Shown here: one piece after another, positions 9,501 to 12,547 of the stretch | How positions within the stretch are numbered: position 1 is the first letter of the stretch | How the letters are laid out: each line of letters starts with the position of its first letter | IMG/VR virus record: IMGVR_UViG_3300018432_000003 | Coordinates: 83,394-95,940 of that record | Reading direction: 5' to 3' (one strand) | From: a virus | Taxonomy: Duplodnaviria; Heunggongvirae; Uroviricota; Caudoviricetes | DNA length: 12,547 nucleotides | Position numbers and translations under genes: made by a program | Notes under the pieces: generated by a model | Databases searched by the model: none | What the model was told of the DNA's origin: nothing | Seen by the model: only the letters and a program-made list of their open reading frames with translations

Positions 9501-9878
9501 TGTGCGGATTGTACGCTCAGCCTCCGCTGAGTTAACCTTCAAGTCCATCACACTCGGGCGACGGGTCATGTTCTTTATGCGCTTCTCAAGGTCATACAGT
9601 TTGTTGACGCTAGTGTTCAGCTTCTTCTCGTCAACGCCTACCTCAGCTTCACCCTCCATGCCGTCGAACTTCTTGACTTTACGTTCGAGGTTATCAATGC
9701 GTGCGCCAGTTTCAGTAGCACCGTGTTCGGTGATACCTATGTCTGCATCTTCCTTTGATAGACTGTTAATCCTAGTCTGCAACTTCTCAAGCCTGCGCTC
9801 AAGGGCTGCAATGGTACGACCAGCCTTATTCTCGGCGGAGAATACCGCCTTCAGTTCATAGGTCTTACCTCTTGGCAT
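3507..9878 (-). CDS. Tape measure protein (2123 aa) with C-terminal putative metzincin, zinc-peptidase and lytic transglycosylase domains
   Basis: Longest ORF, directly downstream of the chaperone genes. It has a TMP-like N-terminus (YELKAVFSAENKAGRTIAALERRL), long Ala/Gln/Glu/Arg coiled coils, hydrophobic segments and a typical TMP C-terminal motif (YSNGGVVTRPHLGVIGDRGPEVNLPL). SD-like AGGGGG lies just upstream of ATG 9878. Confidence 0.95.
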   Translation of the reverse strand: MPRGKTYELKAVFSAENKAGRTIAALERRLEKLQTRINSLSKEDADIGITEHGATETGARIDNLERKVKKFDGMEGEAEVGVDEKKLNTSVNKLYDLEKRIKNMTRRPSVMDLKVNSAEAERTIRTVGAEARELARRAYVLEMRAEADGFTDVMADAARLKREAQDINNTRMQLIAEMKGVPKVLRDAGLMKVALNEVEGTYSIKIDTRSLLSARGAATAVGAGFKALAGTLQTMQPISQSFAQKVYIMQQAMSVFRVAIMAVAVAAAGPLVAGLTILGSSLLALAGGFGLVAMAAAPIISHFANAEEKANQLETAQNELKSAQESAASSAQAVADAQRGVGEAYRAGQEQIRGAIQAHADAQRAVTDAQRAYGESVRGIAEAERDAHEGVQSAIQAHADALRQVQSAQDSYADAQEQARDATRDVRFATQEYNSALATEQFRLRSMQLDISGMRLSQKQLAFDMREARMELQRAENPRERKEAQLRLQQLELQRKQNILDMGQAQRELNEAQKKGTDELQSAQEARRQALDSQKDAQQGVVDAMREVADAQRNATQAEKEIARARAEGNRQIREAQRTAQESQRAVQEAMRNERRAQREIGRARQDAARQMAEANRALAEANRNMAKAQQEVKEKQSALNALMGKTPKHIQAIENAIARFKNVYTRSFAGAQVATGRLATRLINIGTRALPALGRTAQRTVQGLNKALSTVSRNFRNFGVIESLQKILKTMPNITKNWTQAIGNFGGAFINIMGQAMPFARRLAVAVRETSRRFLEWTDSEKGRAQIKRFFQSAAPVAQALWKQITRIGGALLKWATQSKEGPKTIAKWITRIGDIVMGTAHLIGRMVRLWNRLPQPVREFATEVALAWIALRIFFGSRVLIGLARLAIGFGKVSARILGLRQAAVRTAVWMVKPFRESVRVISGVWKVIPKRWASVMKVLPAMSTIAVRGIALAFARISIVGLAFEVLVRMVGAAYNEITRRTMPTVVGLVKMWRKGDMSIGKMWFNMARQMMSSMQRIVIGGVAGTVNSIQRMFAGLFNWIGGKFGNNKLGDIMFGDWKKDGPMTKALKGFTNWVRGDTNKMAADMVKNSKQGTMGTIMNMNKMNQKGTKATKDFSLNTEQQLTKTKLAMVNKSAEGEKGTTKNMWDTARGGNNAMKDLFKGTDFNMNEAMKSSNKSTGSMKETGIKDFWDFNKGGTNASEDLKLASSMKMLDMQTKVNKSTEKTQQESVKDLVDMQEQGTGAMTEAQQKWVSKAWMTSTQTQESFNAILEGIGRFIDKADIDMKKPEQFSVIYNKGSLIGGGSDSPGLTPHQRRLATGDVIKYGSGGEQGPSGGVSAGTTRVYGEVPGTTEFYITDNKKHRKRNMEILQAANQHMNFAKGGEIVHDERTGVYKQNGVDYEAAAIKKGRINLMRGDHELGLRGPLSGRALKASQGWQAPSTFSRGRDVRVFYKHGIGAARTGSNGTIGVDPNFRGSPVLRPILQHELGHAGGLGHSSRGIMTAAVGPRSHISSAEKKWWHREHEARARGGGGGGRGGGGGGGGRNPNNPDDGMSKQEKRQAERQEKEDTAKDRRAARRSARKFRQRFNKGRKGSVPLGKPADYSRNAAWMARGGVLRNLNPIPNNDKQIDDNFRKIARAHKAHGPEHEDLPARRGGVDYEYLGATTHNWNEPAKSIQEATRKAVGGITTNTYVGHPGGEGNSVDHWGPGGRGARVGSKGDKVEKYILANHKKEMEYYIWKGIITGWGRSRRYNDPGDMHYDHLHATYPGGSPNLGGAGGRGGATGGGPSQEEINKWFEDAVPTMPNNLGYGMVGEAASMAGSKVREAAKEFYMSKVPTGGTGGVSGNAGPGLTMMEAITQGGFPASKRDTAVGVAWEESGGNAGAKNPSSTAYGLFQFLKSTAEGMGLSYSKMGDPVYASSAANKLSKGGKDWGPWAAYPPSSSSMNMGNKKITGYSNGGVVTRPHLGVIGDRGPEVNLPLHDPRALNMMRKAFDMSDRVSGGAMHRNKAIGEAIGTGQRIDQGTGSQRDGGIEQALQKAENKVDAAIEKAFDKVGNKLDNRIKELIQTEMDLSDANAEKFMRAGMKMMMEILQNPHIGGDIVNEHISRDVDFERELTKR
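4050..4310 (-). other. SLT/Rpf-like lytic transglycosylase domain within the TMP
   Basis: AVGVAWEESGGNAGAKNPSSTAYGLFQFLKSTA...DWGPW. It has the ES-GG catalytic Glu motif (codon 4236-4238, ~E1881), A-x-GLFQ and a terminal W-x-PW typical of lysozyme-like SLT/Rpf domains. Confidence 0.8.
4570..4860 (-). other. Putative zinc peptidase domain (H-x8-D ... HxDHxH; Hedgehog/DD-peptidase M15-like) within the TMP
   Basis: TYVGHPGGEGNSVD (H codon 4785-4787, D codon 4758-4760), YYIWKG, and MHYDHLHATY (4578-4595). Confidence 0.6.
5340..5560 (-). other. Putative metzincin (matrixin-like) zinc metalloprotease domain within the TMP
   Basis: ILQHELGHAGGLGHSSRGIMTA: a full HExxHxxGxxH (5385-5417) followed by a Met-turn candidate (ATG 5367-5369) and preceded by a beta-strand-like GTIGVD. 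Confidence 0.7.
6100..6560 (-). repeat. Degenerate ~43-44-aa (4x11) repeats in the TMP
   Basis: NKS...KD/NxWD...GG units recur at 43 and 44 aa spacing. An exact 14-bp DNA repeat cagtagacttgttg occurs at 6203-6216 and 6335-6348 (132 bp apart). Confidence 0.65.
8030..8870 (-). repeat. 39-aa-period coiled-coil repeats in the TMP
   Basis: Exact 21-bp repeat tcagcgtgtgcctgtattgca at 8680-8700 and 8797-8817 (117 bp apart; AIQAHADA twice). RQIREAQR and RQMAEANR are also 39 aa apart. Confidence 0.7.
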
Positions 9879-9885
9879 GTGCCCC

Positions 9886-10296
9886 CTACTTCTTCTTCTT
9901 AGACGCCGCCTCTGCCCTTGCTGCTTCCTCCGCTTGTTCGTCGCTCTCGGCTCGCTTGCGTGCGCTCTCTACTGCACGTATCGCATCAAGCCACTCAACT
10001 TCCTGGTCCTCGGTGCCTCCCCCGTGAGGCTTCTCATGGTCGAAGGTGTCCCACGTGAGCCAGTCCTGCATGGCATCTTGTGCCGCTTGCTTGACTTCCC
10101 TCGTGGGACGCAACTCGCTCTCTATCTTTCGATAGCCTTCCTTGAGCTTGTAATCCTTCTGACCCCGCGTTAGTCTGCTGCTTGACTCAGTTCTGAACCT
10201 GAGATACGCCGTGCGGTAGGTGTATCCTCCGGGGATGGCGTAGGGTCCTCTCCAACCTCCGTCGTCTGCTCGTCGGCCTTCTGACCGCCGCCCTTC
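9886..10296 (-). CDS. -1-frame extension of the tail assembly chaperone (lambda gpT-like; likely made as a ~284-aa G-T fusion)
   Basis: The frame is open from 10296 to TAG at 9886, overlaps the last 127 nt of the chaperone in the -1 frame and fills the gap to the TMP. It reads ...GPYAIPGGYTYRTAYLRFRTESSSRLTRGQKDYKLKEGYRKIESELRPTREVKQAAQDAMQDWLTWD...KKKK. No ATG occurs until far into the frame. Confidence 0.7.
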   Translation of the reverse strand, partial: EGRRSEGRRADDGGWRGPYAIPGGYTYRTAYLRFRTESSSRLTRGQKDYKLKEGYRKIESELRPTREVKQAAQDAMQDWLTWDTFDHEKPHGGGTEDQEVEWLDAIRAVESARKRAESDEQAEEAARAEAASKKKK

Positions 10297-10739
10297 TCAA
10301 CCTTCTCTTCCTTCTCCTTCTTCTCCATGTTTACGAGTGCAAGGTACTGTGCGAATACGAGGTTGAACGGGTACTGGCGGGCAAGGAAACGGTTCTTGTC
10401 TACGATGGTCTTTAGGACCTCTTCATACAAGTCAACGTCGTCCTCTTCGTCGCCCATACCAATGTCAGGGTAGTCGTCAATCGGGGAGTTTGATGTGAAC
10501 TGGATTTCTTCGTTACCGACCTTCATGCTTTTAAGGCCACGACGAACCACGATGTCCTCGATTGCTCCGGCAGGGATGTCTACACCCTCGAACATACCAG
10601 TCTCGCGCTCCAGTGAGTAATTAGAAAAGTAGTTACGGAGGTCACGCTTTACTGCCTGCTTCAAGCGATTAGCCTCCAACACTACACGGATGTTCCCTAC
10701 GTCGAAGGAACGGGGAGAATTGTAATACTGCTCTGCCAT
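10170..10739 (-). CDS. Tail assembly chaperone (lambda gpG-like position), 189 aa
   Basis: Acidic protein between the major tail gene and the TMP. SD GAAAGAGG upstream of ATG. It has an overlapping -1 ORF. Assignment is by synteny. Confidence 0.8.
   Translation of the reverse strand: MAEQYYNSPRSFDVGNIRVVLEANRLKQAVKRDLRNYFSNYSLERETGMFEGVDIPAGAIEDIVVRRGLKSMKVGNEEIQFTSNSPIDDYPDIGMGDEEDDVDLYEEVLKTIVDKNRFLARQYPFNLVFAQYLALVNMEKKEKEEKVEKGGGQKADEQTTEVGEDPTPSPEDTPTARRISGSELSQAAD
10242..10260 (-). promoter_or_regulatory. Candidate programmed -1 frameshift signal: internal SD GGAGGT, 10-nt spacer, then CCT codon (GAC CCT)
   Basis: GGAGGT at 10260-10255 has no usable start codon downstream. The CCT codon (10244-10242) can re-pair to CCC in the -1 frame. 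An alternative site is C CCG GAG (10233-10227). Confidence 0.4.
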
Positions 10740-10784
10740 GCCTATTACCTCTTTCTCAATTATGTGGTTTACTTATGCAAGCAA

Positions 10785-10836
10785 GGCGGGAGGGTCTGGT
10801 AGCTCTCCATTGGGGGTGGAAGTGCAACCTCCCGCC
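10785..10836 (-). terminator. GC-rich inverted repeat after the major tail gene (possible terminator/attenuator or RNA-processing hairpin)
   Basis: GGCGGGAGG (10836-10828) pairs with CCTCCCGCC (10793-10785). There is an inner TCCA/TGGA stem, and only a weak U-tract (TTGCTT) follows. Confidence 0.5.
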
Positions 10837-10851
10837 AAACTATAAACTAGC

Positions 10852-11502
10852 TTATGCCGCCTCTACAACGAAGAGGTCGAATCGGCTGTCGGTCGTGCCG
10901 ATGCCGTTCTTCTCTGTCGTATCTAGGGCAGTCGTCATGCAACGCACTGCTGCGCCAAGACGCATTACTGCATCCTCGCCAGTACGCCTCATGTTGATTT
11001 CAACTTCCTCAGTCTGCTCTACGCGATAACCGAATGCACGGACGAATCCGCCGTCATCAACGAGAGAGCCTGGGTCCAATGTACCCTCAATTCCGATACG
11101 GAACTGACGACCCTCCGGTGTGAGTGAAAGCCTCTTGTATGCTGGTGCTGGCGCTGCTGCCGCCACTTCCTGCACACTGAAGCTCGCAAGCCACGTGAAT
11201 AGGTCTAGGTCTGGAGTGATTGGGGTGAACCCAATCGTAATCTCCGCACCACCAGCCGGTACGACACCGATGCTTCCACCGGCCTCATCAGAGTTGATGT
11301 CGTCCTTCGGTGCCGTCGGCGTGATTACCGCACCCTCTTCGGTGTGAGGAATCTTCTTCCACAACGGGTCACCGTCGTCTACGTCCTGCCAGTCTGCACC
11401 CAATGCCAGTTCCATCTTAGGTAGCTTCACCGGGGTCGGTGAAAGTGGTCCTACCCAGATACTAGGCTTGAAAATAGTGTAAATTGTTCCTGCTACTGCC
11501 AT
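10852..11502 (-). CDS. Major tail (tube) protein, 216 aa
   Basis: Tail-tube-like pattern WKKIPHTEEGAVITPTAPKDDINSDEAGGSIG...EITIGFT. Located upstream of the chaperone and TMP, with strong SD AGGAAAGGGGG. Confidence 0.85.
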   Translation of the reverse strand: MAVAGTIYTIFKPSIWVGPLSPTPVKLPKMELALGADWQDVDDGDPLWKKIPHTEEGAVITPTAPKDDINSDEAGGSIGVVPAGGAEITIGFTPITPDLDLFTWLASFSVQEVAAAAPAPAYKRLSLTPEGRQFRIGIEGTLDPGSLVDDGGFVRAFGYRVEQTEEVEINMRRTGEDAVMRLGAAVRCMTTALDTTEKNGIGTTDSRFDLFVVEAA

Positions 11503-11532
11503 ATGCTAACCCCCTTTCCTTTTATACTCGAA

Positions 11533-11808
11533 TTATGATTCCTTCTTGACTAGGTATGCAATGCCCTTGGCATCCTTAACCTCTAGCAACTGCGACGGTA
11601 CTACGTGAGTAGCACCAGTCTTGTACTCGTCAGCGCCACCCTCCCCATCAGGGAATGATACACTTGCAACGTCACCTAGCTCGGGGTTAACAACTGCCTC
11701 TACACCACTGTCGTCAGTAGTCTTGCCACCCTTCGCAGGGCTTGCCCCACTCTGGTTCGGTTCGCTCGTTACTGCGCTCAGTGCCTTCTCAGTCTGCTCT
11801 TTCGCCAT
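11533..11808 (-). CDS. Hypothetical 91-aa protein between tail terminator and major tail genes
   Basis: Very strong SD (AAAGGAGG) upstream of ATG 11808. The ORF fills the intergenic gap. No family recognised. Confidence 0.75.
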   Translation of the reverse strand: MAKEQTEKALSAVTSEPNQSGASPAKGGKTTDDSGVEAVVNPELGDVASVSFPDGEGGADEYKTGATHVVPSQLLEVKDAKGIAYLVKKES

Positions 11809-11822
11809 ACATATCCTCCTTC

Positions 11823-12302
11823 CTATTCATTATGAAGTCGTACATCCAACAATGCTTCATGCCCATAGTAGTCAGTGTTCGTACGCGGCTCGATGATGTC
11901 ACCCGTAAGTGAGTTATCGAATATCACGTCCAACACTAGACCACCTAAACTTCTGTCTGCGTTAATCTTCTCGAACATCTCCGCTACTCCCACTGCAATC
12001 TGCTCCTGTGCATACTTGTAAGAGTCCTGTATGGTGGAGTCTGGTGCATACTGAGAGTGGTAAATCCTAACCTCATAACGAAACCCTGCCGGTACCAACA
12101 GGTCAGGGTGTTGTCCGTTTGAATCGGCAGATATACCGTCCCAACGTACAGTCATGCTCGGTTTCCCGCTCTCAGGGTAGTGCTGGTCCGGGTAAGGGTA
12201 GTCCAGTGAGAAGAACTTAGTCTCGTCAACTGTCCCTAGTATTGCATTCGCTATGGCATCCATCGCTTCTTTGAATCCCATGCCTGCACTCTGTGTGAAC
12301 AT
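11823..12302 (-). CDS. Tail terminator / tail completion protein-like, 159 aa
   Basis: Size and position fit. It contains KINADRSLGGLVLDV (AD-x-(S/T)-LGG-x-V, common in siphophage tail terminators). TAATG stop/start overlap with the upstream gene. Confidence 0.65.
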   Translation of the reverse strand: MFTQSAGMGFKEAMDAIANAILGTVDETKFFSLDYPYPDQHYPESGKPSMTVRWDGISADSNGQHPDLLVPAGFRYEVRIYHSQYAPDSTIQDSYKYAQEQIAVGVAEMFEKINADRSLGGLVLDVIFDNSLTGDIIEPRTNTDYYGHEALLDVRLHNE

Positions 12303-12547
12303 TATCTTGCGCCTCTTATCTGTAGTGTGCGTTCAATCTTACGTCTGAATGCTTCCAGGGCTATTATGCTTCCCCTCTCAGCACCGCGCTCCCACCACAT
12401 AGTGCCACGAATACCAGGGTGCAAGACGCCACCTTCCCTACCGAACGCTCTCGGTATGAAGTAGGCCCTACCGCCACCACCACGTTGCTTGCTACCAGTA
12501 CCCTCATTAGTGAAGATTGCTGGTCCGTAGTCAGTCCTGCTCGTCGC
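12302..12547 (-). CDS. 3' part of an HK97 gp10-like neck/tail-completion protein (5' end beyond window)
   Basis: Manual translation gives ATSRTDYGPAIFTNEGTGSKQRGGGGRAYFIPRAFGREGGVLHPGIRGTMWWERGAERGSIIALEAFRRKIERTLQIRGAR*. The Y..A.F.NEGT and HPG.RG...W motifs resemble gp10-like proteins. TAA is at 12304-12302. Confidence 0.55.
   Translation of the reverse strand, partial: ATSRTDYGPAIFTNEGTGSKQRGGGGRAYFIPRAFGREGGVLHPGIRGTMWWERGAERGSIIALEAFRRKIERTLQIRGAR

Noticed and set aside
3507-9878. Intein or intron explaining the large TMP size
   Set aside because: No intein splice motifs (C/S start, HN-C/S/T end) or homing-endonuclease motifs were recognised. The extra length is accounted for by repeats and enzyme domains.
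9886-10113. Independent 75-aa gene starting at TTG 10113 as given in the track
   Set aside because: The SD is weak, the frame is open a further 183 nt upstream with protein-like sequence, and the layout matches the conserved chaperone frameshift. It is not fully excluded.
10846-10870. Frameshift or readthrough extension of the major tail protein (Ig-domain addition seen in some phages)
   Set aside because: No slippery sequence at the 3' end. TAA is followed by another in-frame stop (TAG) four codons later, and there is no room for an extra domain before the chaperone.
679-11896. Numerous plus-strand ORFs of 60-245 aa in the track (e.g. 6211-6948, 5619-6077, 5206-5517)
   Set aside because: They are antisense shadows of long minus-strand genes. 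Their translations are low-complexity mirrors (e.g. poly-Pro opposite poly-Gly), and I noticed no convincing SD sites or protein motifs.

Overview
This window is the tail-morphogenesis module of a long-tailed (siphovirus-type) phage or prophage, encoded entirely on the minus strand. In transcription order (right to left): 3' end of an HK97 gp10-like neck/tail-completion gene; tail terminator-like gene; 91-aa unknown gene; major tail tube protein; tail assembly chaperone plus a -1-frame extension (G/G-T arrangement); a 2123-aa tape measure protein (TMP); and a >1167-aa tail protein. The ORF track missed this last gene because it runs off the left edge without a stop. Four observations stand out. 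(1) The TMP C-terminus appears to carry three enzyme domains: a metzincin (HELGHAGGLGH plus Met-turn), an H-x8-D...HxH zinc-peptidase-like domain and an SLT/Rpf-like lysozyme domain, set among recurring 'A/S-x-GG-V/I' motifs. (2) The chaperone -1 overlap lacks a canonical slippery heptamer but has a start-less SD (GGAGGT) 10 nt upstream of a CCT codon. (3) No small stand-alone Dit follows the TMP; a giant lectin-module protein starts 3 nt after its stop. (4) My manual scan found no GATC and no CTGCAG. Strong SD sites and wall-hydrolase domains suggest a Gram-positive host (inference only). All family assignments come from motif recognition by eye; no searches were run.
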